A stretch of DNA of 64,000 nt from Octopus sinensis (GCF_006345805.1 NC_043022.1:21080001-21144000), one strand, 5' to 3'; numbered from the stretch's first letter, positions 25,251 to 38,290 are shown. Made by a program: numbers and translations. The notes: a model not told the origin generated them from the sequence alone.

Positions 25251-25529
25251 ATTATGCACCAACCAAATATATATGTGTGTGAAGCCTAGTGGTTAGGCTG
25301 TTGCACTCATGATCATTAGATGGTGGGTTTGATTCCATGATTGGGTGGTGCACTGTGTTCTTGAGTGAAATACTTTGTCTCACATTGCTCCTTTCGATCA
25401 GGGGAGATTGCTGGCCTGATCACCTAGCCAGCAGGGTGGCGTCATTTGAAGGCTAAAACAATGCAAAAAAGTGCATTGTGACCAGCGACGTGTAACAACA
25501 TCGGATAGCCTAGTCAGTCACATAATCCT

Positions 25530-25568
<39 letters not shown>

Positions 25569-25570
<2 letters not shown>

Positions 25571-25870
25571 TAGCAGTATCGCCCGGTGTTGCTCGGGTTT
25601 GTAAGGGAAATAACTATATAAGCATTTTTAGAGAGTTACTTCCCTTATATAAACCGAGCAAAAAATGCAAAATGCGGAAAATGATGGTAAATTTTTTTTT
25701 AAATCGTAGACTCTTCGTAGACGCGCGCTAATACCCAGACGGGCTCGACATGAATCACGACTATAAGATACCCGCTTTTGGTTAAACTGCACCGCAAAAT
25801 GTGGGAGTAGTTAGGAATCTAAATCGGAGGAGACAGACACACACACAACTTCAGTTTTATATATAAAGAT
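25569..25870 (+). mobile_element. Helentron/DINE-like non-autonomous element
   Basis: Starts actagcagtatcgcccggtgttgctcggg and ends cttcagttttatatata.agat. Relatives at 36985-37366(-), 38521-39130(+), 63700-64000(-) and 31291-31710(-). The class assignment is inference from the termini. Confidence 0.6.
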
Positions 25871-26904
25871 ATATATATATATATATATATACACACAAAC
25901 ATTTGATCACCATAAACATCATTTGTGTAGGTTGTTCATCAAGAAATCGCAGAAATGTCTTTCTTAAACTTGAGAGACTAATAAAAAAAATAATAATAAT
26001 ACTAAATATTACAATGGTCAAAGAAAGCTGAAAACATTTTGGCTTGAGGTTAGCAACATTAGCATATTTCAATGTTGAAATATGAATTATTTAATGTAGA
26101 ATTAAATATTCACTATCTTCAGAATTTTTGATAAATGATGACGATAAGCAATAAGGAATGAAGGGTAACGTGGAGTTGAGGTGAAACGATTCTGAAGAAA
26201 TTTCAAAGACAGATTGGTGAAAAGCATGTTTGTAATTAACAAAAAAAAAAAAACAACAAAAAAACAAAACAAAAGTGTGAGAAAAATGTATATTTATTAT
26301 TTGGTTTTCACAATTGCTGTGGATGCTCTTGTTTAAGATGTGCTTTTTTTTTCCTTAAATGTTACAAAAAATTGCCATATGCCTAATGCAACCACATTAT
26401 GGATGGGATCCCAAGTGTATGACTTGTAGGGTAAGCATATAAACCCTTTAGTATTTAAACTGGCCATATCCAGCCAAAATAGCTTTATGTTCAAACTGAC
26501 CAGATCCAGGCTCTCACACCTACCCTACAATGTTATTCTACATTAATTACACCATCAAGATCTTGAAGATTTGAGATAATGCATGATTAATTCAAATCAA
26601 TGGGAATCAATAAGCATTATGTTTGAATAATCTGAACACTAAAGGGTTAAATTTGTTCTTTTACACAAAAAAAAGTAGGGGGTTGTCATACAGGTGAGTG
26701 CATCTTATACACCAGCAAATATGGTATTCTTTTAAAACCTAAAAGAAAAGGCAACTTGAATTGTTTGACAAAGGTTAGGTGAAATATGTTATTTACAAAA
26801 TGTGTAGACAATGACATGGTATTACCCAGTTTATACAAACAACTACAGTTTTTTTTGTTTTTATTTTTATCAGTGATGTCTCAAACATACTCCTGAATAA
26901 TTAA

Positions 26905-27125
26905 CCCTTTCATTACCCTATTTATTTTGAGATGTTCTGTGTTTCTTTCAGTTATTTTAAATATAACAAAGAATTTAGTAAAATAACTTAGTTATCATTA
27001 AGCTAGTGTTAGGAACATCAATTGTGACTTAGGTTTGGAGGAAGATTTTAATTCAAAACTTAAGAAAACAAGACATTTGTACTACAGAGCCAGAGGCGGT
27101 TTTGGCCGGGTTGGTAATGAAAGGG
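26905..27125. mobile_element. piggyBac-type MITE, single-unit form of the 3861-4413 family
   Basis: TTAA-CCCTTT ... AAAGGG-TTAA. Further copies at 45096-45731 (with nested SINE A), 56107-56324 and about 60260-60470. Confidence 0.85.
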
Positions 27126-27668
27126 TTAAAAACACATAATAGCTTGTGAGGGTTAATGGTTCATGTTGTCAGATCTGGAATGATTAATGGGTACAATTAC
27201 AAATGAATTAATTACAATTTTTGGAGGCACCAAATTAAGACAGCTCATTTGTGCACTGTGATACATCAGGTAAAGAAACACGTTGATTAATTGTCAGAAT
27301 TGAGAAGACTTGACTCGTCACCAAGAGATGACTGAAGGCAGTTTATGTGAGTAAAATAAAAATGACAGATCGTGTTGGGGTGTTGTATGTACAAGGTTTT
27401 TTTTTTGTACGAGTTTCATACAAAATTCTTAAAATGTGATAAAATTTCACACATTTTAAAACTCCATAAATAATTTGCATATAAACGAATATGTGTGTAT
27501 GTGTCATGTCTTTATGTATGTGTATCTGTGTGTATATATATGTGTATGTGTGTCGTGTTTATATATGTGTATCTGTGTGTGTACATATGTGTTGTGTTTA
27601 TGTATGTGTATCTATATACACACACACACACCACTGACTTACCAGCAACTGATGGGGTTGGTCTAGAA

Positions 27669-27869
27669 CAGTGCTTTTCAAACTTTTTGCTGGAGCGGAA
27701 CCCCAAAGAAACATTCCACTGGCTCGAGGAACCCCTGTGCAATAATTTAATAGTCTTATGCACACATATCTGCACAGGAAAATTAAAAATTACTGCCAAT
27801 TTTAGCAGTTTTGTAACTTCTTGCGGAACACCTGGACTGTACTGGCGGAACCCTGGTTGAAAACCACTG
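27669..27869. mobile_element. hAT-Charlie-type MITE
   Basis: TIR cagtgcttttcaa / ttgaaaaccactg; perfect 8-bp TSD gtctagaa. A near-identical copy at 49199-49399 has TSD atctaagg. Confidence 0.9.
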
Positions 27870-28009
27870 GTCTAGAACTTTGAATTACTCATACAAATTA
27901 CAAGGAGGAACATTATTTACACTGCAGTTGTTAGTGGTGATGCCAAAATCTTCAGGGTTCCTCAGCTTATTTAGATTAAACTTATTCTTAGCTATGACTA
28001 CTTCAGGTA

Positions 28010-28555
28010 AGAGAACTAAGATTAATCGTCTGGAAGCCGTTCAGCGATGTGCAACCAAGAGAATACCCTCCATCAGGCATCTGCCATATTTTGAATGCCT
28101 TACTTTCCTGGGCATGGACACATTGAAACTCCGACGTCTGGCAGCTGACTTGGCAGACACCCATAAAATTATTAACCATCTTACAAACAATAACTCTGTG
28201 CACCTTTTCAAACTCCGCCTGTCTAACACCCGTGGACATGTTTACAAAGTCAGAAAACAGCACAGCTCCCATGACTTTAGGAAACATTTTTTCATGCTGA
28301 GAGTTGCTAAAGCATGGAACAAACTGCCAGCATCAGTTGTTAGTTGTTGGAGCACTGCATCCTTCAAAACTTCCATGTTTCCTGAGATTCGCCAACACTA
28401 CACCTGATCTTCTCCCCTCCATACACACGCAAGCATGTATCTGACTCATGCACTGTTCGTTTTCCAGACATCTGTACATTACTGCATATACTTTATACGC
28501 ACTTTTTGACAAGTTGTGGTGCACCTGAGCACTGTATACAATAATTTCATTATTA
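28010..28555 (+). mobile_element. CR1-type LINE 3' fragment
   Basis: LEAVQRCATKRIP...LKLRRLAADL, TRGHVYKV, RV..AWNKLP. A shorter copy at 33084-33420. Confidence 0.87.
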
Positions 28556-29116
28556 TAAGACTACCAGTGGTAGTGTCAAATATAACACAAATCCATAATT
28601 CATCCAGCATAAAAATTGTAAAAGTTATAAAAGCTGGACGCAGATTGAGGGCTCGTATGAACCATAATAGACAAATCTAAATTTATCATTTGTTATAAAT
28701 CTTTTTTCATATCTACACTGGTTCATGTACTGTTTATGATATTAAGAAGCAATGGGACAAAATACTGAAGTGACCATGGACAATCTGGCAAAATGGTTAA
28801 TTCTTCAAGGCTTTGGATTCTAGGACACTGGAAAATTAGCGGTGTACATACGTGTGTGTGTGTGTGTGTGTATGTATATATTTATATATATATAAAGTCA
28901 CAATATACGGATTCAAGAAATATGGTAGTATGTAAGCTTAAATTCTGCATTATTTGAAAAGATATTTTGCCCTAATGCAGACATGTACATAATTTATTAT
29001 TAAACATAATAATATAAATTATTTACATATTTTTAAGTTACGAAACAACTTGTTGTGATATTTGAATTTTCATGTTGTTAAATAAAATTTCATCAAAATA
29101 TTTCCGTCATTTATGA

Positions 29117-29158
<42 letters not shown>

Positions 29159-29343
29159 TGAGTATACATATATACTTTCAATTAATATTTAGCAAAAGCA
29201 AAAGATTGACTCAAGGTCCAAGAGTTTCACGATTTGATAAGTGCTAATGCAGGAAACCCTCAGCTCCTGAGCCACTCTGTTGCCTCAGCTAAACATTAAT
29301 AAAATATATATTGTTTTGTATGTGTGTGTGTGTATATATTCAT

Positions 29344-29416
<73 letters not shown>

Positions 29417-29427
29417 CACACACACAC

Positions 29428-29520
<93 letters not shown>

Positions 29521-29874
29521 GCTTCTTTCAGCTTATGTTAGCCAAATCTACTCACAAAGCTTTGGTTGGCCTGAGGCTGTAGGAAAAGACACTTGCCTAA
29601 GGTGCCATGCAGTAGGGCTGAACCTGAAACCATGTGCTTGGGAGGCAAAAACATCCTGCCAAACAGCCATGCCTGTGTCTATTAGGTTGAATAAAAAATT
29701 TTTTTTAAATCTTTCCTAGTTTGAGTTAATATTGAAACATTAAAACAATCCCTGAGCTGTTTGGTTTAGAGCTTAACAGTAATGCGCATGAGGAGATGTT
29801 CATCCATGTCTGGGCATTACAGAGTTAAAACAGAGTGTAAATATTCGTAGCTATACCTGACAATGTTTTCAGTA

Positions 29875-29931
29875 TCAGACAAAAATAGGAACTACATCAG
29901 GTGGAAGGTGCCAAATATAATCATCATCAAA
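29875..29931 (-). CDS. RSKR: RSKR-like probable last coding exon: FDDDYIWHLPPDVVPIFV*
   Basis: Acceptor tatttcag; TGA at 29877-29875. Joined to the previous exon it gives FSEFD, an FxxF-acidic motif like RSKR FDDFD. Confidence 0.65.
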   Translation of the reverse strand, partial: FDDDYIWHLPPDVVPIFV

Positions 29932-31084
29932 CTGAAATATAGAAAAATGAGAATGATAATAATAATAATATTTTCTTAATTGGTCACAAAGGTTTATGAA
30001 AAAATGTCATTATGTATGAAGTTTACATTTACTGATAGAGATAACTAAGGAGTTGTCAAAATGGTTGTTCCCTTTGCTCTATTAGCTGTGCTGTTGACAT
30101 ACATATAGTAATCCCTCACCATATTGTGGTTCACCTATTGCAGTTTATTATTTAAGCACATGTCGATTCCTCTGAGGTGTTGTTTTGCATTTATAATAAA
30201 ATAAATATATATATAAATTATAAAAATAATAAAAGAAATATATAGTACAGTACTGTTTCTACTTTGCAGATTTTCACCTATAGTAGGGGTTTTTTGAACA
30301 TAACACCTGCAATAGTCAAGGGATTACTACTGTATATACATATCTATATCTATAAACGGCAAAATATCTGTGTATCTGTGTGTCCTTTATACAAATCCAC
30401 AGTTTTTCATGTAAAAGGCTCACATTTTCTATGGGCTTTCAAAACTGTCTGAGGGTGGTCATTTCCCCAGTCACCCCAGAAAGCCATTAAAAAAATGATA
30501 AACCGACCCTTTATGCCCATAAGTTATGGGCATACCCATTCAAATGTTATTGCCCAGATGCAGTCTGTCTCCTCTACAAGGTACTGTGAATCTGAGATTC
30601 TTCTCTCTACAGAGAAGGGCATCCTTGGGAAGAAGAGAGAATACTTTGCTGATTCCCTAAATCCAGTCACAATAAAATTTTCTGGTGGACACAAGAGTAA
30701 GATAGCAAAGACTAACCCTCACAGGGGCTGGTTAATGCACTTAAGTGTAACAAGGCCACTGAGGAGGCTGGAATTTGGCTTTAGATGTTAAAAGACTTAA
30801 AAAGAGATGGTATTCTCTGGCTGACAGCATCTGCCAAGTGGTTTGGACCTCTGTTAACCCTTTAACATTCTAATTACTTTGTCAAATGTAAAGCCTGTTT
30901 AATTATATTATTTTAAATTAATTGTGCAGCATCTTGTAACTCTGGGATATTAATGATGTCCTGTTTACTTTTAGAATGACTTTGTAGGGTAGGTGTGAGA
31001 GGTCAGAGCTGGCTGGTTTGAGAATAAAACAGGAAGACAATTTTGGCCTGATATGGCCGGTTTAAACACTAAAGAGTTAAGACA

Positions 31085-32270
31085 CCAAAGTAATGGCAAA
31101 CCAGAGTGATAATCCCAATTTTGAAAAAGGAGACAAGAGTGATTGCTATAATTATAGATGAATCTCCTTGTAGAGCTTCCTCAGAAAGTCCGTGTTAAGT
31201 GTTTGGAAAGGAAATATATGAAAATTGTTGAGTTCAAAACTAGTTAAAGAATAGTGTGGCTTCCGTCCTGGATGCAACACAACTAACCACATATCTCTCT
31301 ATATATAAACGGCAGTTTGTGTGTCTGTCAGGTTGTACCCTCACCCTGACCACGGCTTTCAACTGATTCTGATGAAACTTGACACACACATAGCCCAATG
31401 TCATAATTCAAAACTAAGGCAGCAAAAATTTTGAAAAGTTCCCCCAGTTCTGAAAAAAATCGATAAATTCGACATGGGGTTGAGAATCTAAGCTTTTTAT
31501 ATGCAACACATTTTCTGTTGTAGTTTTCGCAACTTGCAATCGGGAGACAGCTAGGAATATCGTATACATAGAAGTATTCGAGTGAAGAGAAGACATTGCA
31601 ACCTACACATGCGCCTTCGTTCCCTAGAGGGAAAGAACTAGATTGGGATTAGTCGTTGCCTACTAGGGGCTATTACATACCTGGGCAACGCTGGGCTATG
31701 CTGCTAGTTCACTCTACAACAGGTCTTTAAAAAATGGGAATATTGCAAAGAAGTGTACGCTTGCTTTGTAGATCTTGAAAAAGCATTTAACTGGGGGACA
31801 TTGGACATGTCTTGGAGGGTTTTGCAGGAGTTTGAGATTAATGGCCAACTTCTAGTACCTGTGAAGTCCCTACACAAATGCTCAGGTGTTTGAATTCAGG
31901 AAAATGATGCAAAGTTGAAATCTTTTGACATGGGTATTGGACTTCAGCAGGGTTATGTATTGTCACCTCTCCTTTTCATAATTTTTATGAACTGGATTGA
32001 CATGTACAGCTGTTGTGGAAGTAGTATCACAATTAGTGGATGTAGGATTGGTCAGCTTGGCTTATTAGAAAGCGATTTCCAGCATGCACTGAATGGGTTC
32101 ACTGCCAAGTGCCACCAGGCAAGAATGAGAACTAGTTTTGCAAAGACTGAGACATTGGTCCTTTCAAGAAAGTCTTCCCAGTACACTCTGCATTTTTGGT
32201 GAACATCACTGAAACATGTAGAGAAGTTTAAGTATCTTGGGGTGCCATATTCAACAGTAGTGGGATGCAA
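31085..32270 (+). mobile_element. Decayed LINE RT fragment interrupted by a Helentron-like element (31291-31710)
   Basis: IPILKKGDK..C.NY, FVDLEKAF, GLQQG.VLSPLLF.IFM, F.KTETLV and YLG motifs on both sides of the insert. Confidence 0.75.
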
Positions 32271-32320
32271 GAGGCTGATTGGATGCCACACACACACACA
32301 CAACAACAACAACAACTTAC

Positions 32321-32419
32321 TTCAGAGAATTCATTTGTTGATTCATTGTAGGTGTAGCTTTCTTCGCTTTCAGCAGGGACATCAAAGAAGTTCTCTACTA
32401 CTAAAGTCCGAAGAGAGAT
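32321..32419 (-). CDS. RSKR: RSKR-like exon: ISLRTLVVENFFDVPAESEESYTYNESTNEFSE (C-tail)
   Basis: Acceptor tgttgcag, donor gtaagt; 99 nt, phase 0/0. Homology is weak here; support is splice quality and phase. Confidence 0.72.
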
Positions 32420-32529
32420 CTGCAACAGATAAAAATTCAAAATGGATGTTTAAAAAAAAAACTGAATAAAAAGTTAACTCTATAAAAATGAAGTGATAGC
32501 AACATTTAAAATGGTCTGCTATCATGGAG

Positions 32530-32912
32530 GAGGCGCAATGGCCCAGTGGTTAGGGCAGCGGACTCGCGGTCATAGGATCGTGGTTTCGATTCCCAGACCG
32601 GGCGTTGTGAGTGTTTATTGAGCGAAAACACCTAAAGCTCCACGAGGCTCCGGCAGGGTATGGTGGTGATCCCTGCTGTACTCTTTCGCCACAACTTTCT
32701 CTCACTCTTACTTCCTGTTTCTGTTGTACCTGTATTTCAAAGGGTCGGCCTTGTCACTCTCTGTGTCACACTGAATATCCCCGAGAACTACGTTAAGGGT
32801 GCACGTGTCTGTGGAGTGCTCAGCCACTTACACGTTAATTTCACAAGCAGGCTGTTCCGTTGATTCGGATCAACCGGAACCCTCGTCGTCGTAACTGACG
32901 GAGTGCTTCCAT
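32530..32912 (+). mobile_element. tRNA-derived SINE family D, full length
   Basis: A box tggcccagtgg, B-box-like ggtttcgattccc; highly similar to 44452-44830. Confidence 0.88.
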
Positions 32913-33419
32913 TCCACTACCATGGAACAAACCTTACAATCACTCATCATCAAAATTAGAATGAAATGTTTTATGTATCAATTTCAAAGCCCAGGACACA
33001 TCTTTAAAGATGTAACCAAAGGTGATCCATTGAATGTGCATTGTGATTGATATTAAAATTGATGTTCTTAAAGTTATCATCATCGTGGACATGTTTACAA
33101 AGTAAGAAAACAGCACAGCTCCCATGACTTCAGGAAACATTTTTTCACGCTGAGAGTTGCTGAAGCATGGAACAAACTGCCAGAATCAGTTGTTAGTTGT
33201 CGGAGCACTGCATCCTTCAAAACTTCCATGCTTCCTGAGATTCGCCAACACTACACTTGATTTTCTCCCCTCCATACACACACAAGTATGTATCTGACTC
33301 ATACATTGTTCGCTTTCCAGACATTTCTACATTACTGCATGTACTTTATATGCACTTTCTGACAAGTTGTGGTGCACCTGAGCACTGTATACAATAATTT
33401 CATTATATTATATTATTAT

Positions 33420-33765
33420 TTACATTTGACGAATATTTGTCCTCATCTTGTTTGTTGTTAACACAACATTTCAGTTGATATACCTTCCAGCCTTCTCCAG
33501 GTATCTTGGGGGAAATTTTGAACCTGGGTTCTCATTCCTAAGGTATTTTTCAATGTTATTATTATTATTATTGTTGTTGTCTGCTTAGGAGGTTGTTGTG
33601 TCCTAGCATATGTGCTGCTTCTTTTAGTTTTCGTATTTTCCAGTGGTGAAAAATACCTTATGAATGAGAACCCAGGTTTGAAATTTCCCCAAGACACCTG
33701 AAGAAGGCTGGAGGGTATATCAGGTGAAATGTTGTGTTAACAACAAACAAATATCCAGATGATGA
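33420..33765. mobile_element. Inverted pair of family E tails, head-to-head
   Basis: 33420-33560 is the reverse complement of the 1640-1785 tail; 33650-33760 is the forward tail. Confidence 0.82.
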
Positions 33766-34106
33766 TGATGACAGTTCTATATTTAAGAGATGAGGAATTA
33801 TTTATATAGAACTGTCATCATCATCGTCATTTAATGTCTGTCTTTCATGCTGGCATGGGTGAGATGGTTTGACTGGAGCTAGCAAGCTGGAGAACAGCAC
33901 CAAGCTCCACCTGTCTGTTTTGGTTTGGTTTCTATGGCTGGAGGCCATTCCTAATGCCAGCCACTTAATAGAGTGCGCTGGATGGTTTTTATGTGGCACC
34001 AGCACAGAAAAGAGGCTATTAAAATGATGATGATAATGATGAGAGAGAGGAAAGAAATAAAAGGGAATGAAAGAGTATAAAGAAATTAGAGAAAGAGAAA
34101 GTGAAA

Positions 34107-34648
34107 ATAGACACGGCACCGCTCTCTTTCGGTGACGCCGCGTCGCCTGTGGCGGAACGGGAAGCGACGACTAGCCCATCCGCCGCACAGGCGGCGACGC
34201 GAGGTCAGCGGCGTAACCTGACCGGGTCCTCGGCTGCGAAGACGAGGCCGGGGGTCGGAGGCGAGAAAATGTGGAAACGAAAAGGGGTTCGATTGCGAGA
34301 GGACGAACCTACGAGCGTTGAAAGGCGGGCAGACGCGGGCGTCGAGGGAACGCTGCTGTGTCTGAAAGACGGACGGTGTGGCAGCGGCGGCAGAGATTCG
34401 AGGACGCGCCAGCCGTGTAGAGTCGACCTTGCACCGGCAATAGGGGAGCTAACCGTTGGCAGAAAGGAGCGACAACATCCCTTCCAGGCGGTCACCTATG
34501 CCGTTCGGCCACGACCCTACATAAAGAACGGTTGTGTGGCGGACGAAGGCAGGCAAACGCGTGCGTCAAAAGGGGCGGGAGAACGCAGTAGCGTCTGAAA
34601 GGCGATGAAGGCGGGCAAACGCGTGCGTCAAAAGGGGCGGGAGAACGC
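34107..34648. other. GC-rich, CpG-rich insert flanked by a 33-bp direct repeat; possibly rDNA spacer/ETS-derived
   Basis: agtataaagaaattagagaaagagaaagtgaaa at 34074-34106 and 34649-34681; 62-bp internal tandem repeat at 34545 and 34607; strong hairpins. Source assignment is inference. Confidence 0.7.
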
Positions 34649-34807
34649 AGTATAAAGAAATTAGAGAAAGAGAAAGTGAAAGTAGTTGTACACAATGAAG
34701 TAAATCTCTTGAAGCTAAAGAAATTTAAGAAGAGAAAGGATACAGGAAATAGATTATAACATCACGAAGAATTTCGAGTAAGAATGGGAGAATTGTTAGC
34801 AACACAC

Positions 34808-34909
34808 CTGTTTTTCAATTAAAGCATTAAAGTTGATGCCCTTAAAGAAGGGTAAATTCTGAAGAGAAAATAAATCTGTAAGTCGTCGGTTGTGGCATTT
34901 GGTCAGCAA
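34808..34909 (-). CDS. RSKR: RSKR-like exon: LLTKCHNRRLTDLFSLQNLPFFKGINFNALIEKQ (subdomain XI)
   Basis: Acceptor ttttgtag, donor gtgtgt; 102 nt, phase 0/0. LL.K....RL and PFF motifs. Confidence 0.9.
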
Positions 34910-35213
34910 CTACAAAACAAAAATTTACAATAATAAAGTTCAATATCTTTAATTTGTCTGGGTTCGGAAGGATTAACAAATTATATTTAGAGTTTTATCT
35001 TTTTTATCTTGTTTCAGTTCCAGCTGGGGCACCACCTTGAAGGATTCTAGTTGAATGAATCAACTCCAGTCCTTTTTTTGTTAAGCTTGGTATTTATTCT
35101 ATCAGTCTCTTTTGCTAAGCTGCTAAGTTATGAGGATGTGAATATACCAACACTGGCTGTCAAGTGGTGGCTGGGTACAAACACAGACACAAAGACATGC
35201 ACATCAATATATT

Positions 35214-35247
<34 letters not shown>

Positions 35248-35254
35248 TATATCT

Positions 35255-35826
35255 TCCATGCCAGTGGCACGTAAAAAGCACCATCCGATCGTGGCTGTTG
35301 CCAGCCTCGCCTGGCCCCCATGCCGGTGTCATGTAAAAAGCACCACCCGACCATGTCCGTTGCCAGCGTCGCCCTGACTGGCCTCCATGCCGGTGAACGT
35401 AAAAAGCACCACCCGACCGTGTCCGTTGCCAGCGCCGCCCTGACTGGCCTCCGTGCCGGTGGCACGTAAAAGGCACCATCTGATCGTGGCCGTTGCCAGC
35501 CTCGACGGGTCCCCATGCCGATGGCACGTAAAAAGCATCATCCGACCATGTCCATTGCTAGTGCCGCCCCGACTGGCCTCCGTGCCGGTGGCACATAAAA
35601 AGCACCATCTGTCCGTGTCCGTTTGCCAGCCCCGTCTGGCACCTGTACGGGTGGCATGTAAAAAGCACCCACTACACTCACTGAGTGGTTGGCGTTAGGA
35701 AGGGCATCCAGCTGTAGAAACACTGCCAGATCAGACTGGGCCTGGTGCAGCCTCCTGGCTTCCCGAACCCCAGTTGAACCGTCCAACCCATGCTAGCATG
35801 GAAAGCGGATGCTAAATCATGATAAT
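35255..35826 (+). mobile_element. Family B repeat (RTE 3' UTR-type) with about 7 tandem 55-65-bp subrepeats
   Basis: Repeated aaaagcacca.ccga.c.tggccgttgccagc...gccggtggcacgt, then gttggcgttaggaagggcatccagctgtagaaac...catgctagcatgg and a (GAT)n tail. About 20 copies in the window, both orientations. Confidence 0.85.
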
Positions 35827-35848
35827 AATATATATATATATTTAATAA

Positions 35849-36016
35849 AAATAAGCAACAAGAATATCTTCGGTAATTTGGTACGATCGTTTCACACTTC
35901 ATCATTTTATTAAACATTGTAAGTATTATAATGTTGTAATACTTATAATGTTTAACAAAATGATGTAGTGTGAAACGATCGTACCAAATTACCGAAGTTA
36001 TTCTTGTTGCTTATTT
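35849..36016. repeat. 168-bp foldback (about 5 mismatches, 2-nt loop)
   Basis: Arms checked by eye; centre at 35932/35933. Confidence 0.9.
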
Positions 36017-36945
36017 CGATTATAATCACCCCATGGATTTATATGGATAACACCATACAAAATTCTGGTGCATCTAGCTTAAGTACCATATTCATTTGAA
36101 TCTAAATTTTGATGAACTTATATCATCATCATCATCATCATCATCATCGTATAGCGTCTGTTTTCCATACTAGCATGGGTTGGACGGTTCTACTGGGGTC
36201 TGTGAAGCCAGAAGGCTTCATCAGGCCCAGTCAAATCTGGCAGTGTTTCTACGGCTGGATGCCCTTCCTAACGCCAACCACTCCGTGAGTGTAGTGGGTG
36301 CTTTTTACGTGCCACCCACACAGGTGCCAGACAGAGCTGACGAACGGATGGTGCTTTTCATGTGCCACCGGCACGAGGGCCAGACGAGGCTGGCAACGGA
36401 CACAAATGGATGGTGCTTTTTACGTGCCACCGGCACGAGGCCAGTCAGGGCGGCTCTGGCAACGGTCGCACATATACACTACAGGCTTCTTCCAGTTTCC
36501 ATCTACCAAATCCACTCATAAGTCTTTGGTTAGCCGGAGGTTATAGCAGAAGACACTTGAGATACATATTGTGTTGTGCATAAATAATTTATTAATAAAT
36601 CACTATTCTAACATTTTATATGCAAATTATATATAGGTGCAGGCGTTACTGTGGTAAGAAGCCTGCGTCACAACCACATGGTTCTGGGTTTGGTCCCACT
36701 GTGTGGCAGCTTGAGCAAGTGCCTTCTGTTATAGCCCCAGGTTGACCAAAGCCTGTCAACATATATATATATATATATATCTTTGGTGTTAGGAAGGGTA
36801 TCCAGCTGTAGAAACACTGCCAGATCAGACTGGGCCTGGTGCAGCCTTCTGGCTTCCCAGACCCCAGTCAAACCGTCCAACCCATGCTAGCACGGAAAAC
36901 GGACGCTAAATGATGATGATGATGATGATGATGATGATATATATA

Positions 36946-36986
<41 letters not shown>

Positions 36987-38290
36987 TGAGGTTGTGTGGT
37001 GTCTGTCTCATACGATTTAGATTCCTTACTCCCACATTTTGCGGTGCAGTTTAACCAAAACTGGGTATCTTATAGTCGTGATTCATATCGAGCCCTTCTG
37101 GGTATTAGCGCGCGTCTACGATGAGTCTACGAATTAAAAAAAAAAAATTTACCATCATTTTTTCCAATTTTAAATGCATTTTTGGCATATATAAGGGAAG
37201 TAACTCACTAAAAATGTATTATTAAATCTCAGAACGTAAAAAGCAACAGTAACACCCCACTTTGTGGTTAGCCATATTGAGATGGCTATTATACTTCACA
37301 TCTCTAAAAATGCTTATATAGTTATTTCCCTTACAAACCCAAGCAACGCCGGGCGATACTGCTAGTATCATCATCATCATCATCATCATCGTTTAACGTC
37401 CGTTTTCCGCGCTAGCACGGGTTGGACGGTTTGACCGGGGTCTGGGGAGCAGGGACTGCCCCAGGCTCCAGTCTATATATATATATGACGCATAATCACA
37501 GGGATGTGAGTTTGTATCTCATGGCTGGCTGGTAACATATCCTTCTGCAATGTATGGATAATTTATCCTGTTCACGCTATTTTATTAGCATTATCACGCG
37601 TTTGAGAATAAAAGATTTATTTCTGTATCTTTCAACACATCTCAATACTTCTGATACAAACTTTGTTTATTTTCATTGTATGTTGAATATATATATATAT
37701 ATATACACTCTTTTACTTGTTTCAGTCATTTGACTGTGGCCATGCTGGAGCACCGCCTTTAGTAGAGCAAATCGACCCTAGGACTTATTCTTTGTAAGCC
37801 TAGTACTTATTCTATCAGTTTCTTTTGCTGAACCACTAAGTTACAGGGACATAAACACACCAGCATCGGTTGTCAAGCGATGTTGGGAGGAGAAACACAG
37901 ACACACAAACATATACACACACATACATACATATATATATACACATATATACTTCGGGCTTCTTTTAGTTTCTGTCTACCAAATCCACTCACAAGAATTT
38001 GCTCGGCCGGAGGCTATAGTAGAAGGCACTTGCCCAAGGTGTCACGCAGTGGGACTGAACCCGGAACCATGTGGTTGGTAAGCAAGCTACTTACCACACA
38101 GCCACTCCTGCGCCTATATATAAATATATATATATATATACATATACACACACACACACACACACACACTACAATACGAAAAAATCCCACATGTAGGTCT
38201 AAAAGTGCTTCTATAATCAAACATATTTAAGTTTGGTTTAGTGAATACTTAATATTCGAACTTGTATCAGTTGAAATATTTTTAACATAC

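Noticed and set aside
24605-25282. Long ORFs (up to 213 aa) rich in Y/I/C/V/H/T, here and at 5592-6207, 11521-11774, 13628-14131, 15371-15947, 17281-17804, 22490-22853 and 29280-29719
   Set aside because: Translations of (TA)n/(CA)n/(TACA)n microsatellites; these repeats lack stop codons by composition.
32940-33085. Possible alternative kinase terminal exon (DDDNFKNINF...HLWLHL*)
   Set aside because: No acceptor; the frame starts inside a CR1 fragment and would skip the better-supported 32419-32321 exon.
34101-34598. 165-aa ORF in the GC-rich insert
   Set aside because: No recognisable domain; long ORFs are expected at this GC content; the start lies in the flanking duplication.
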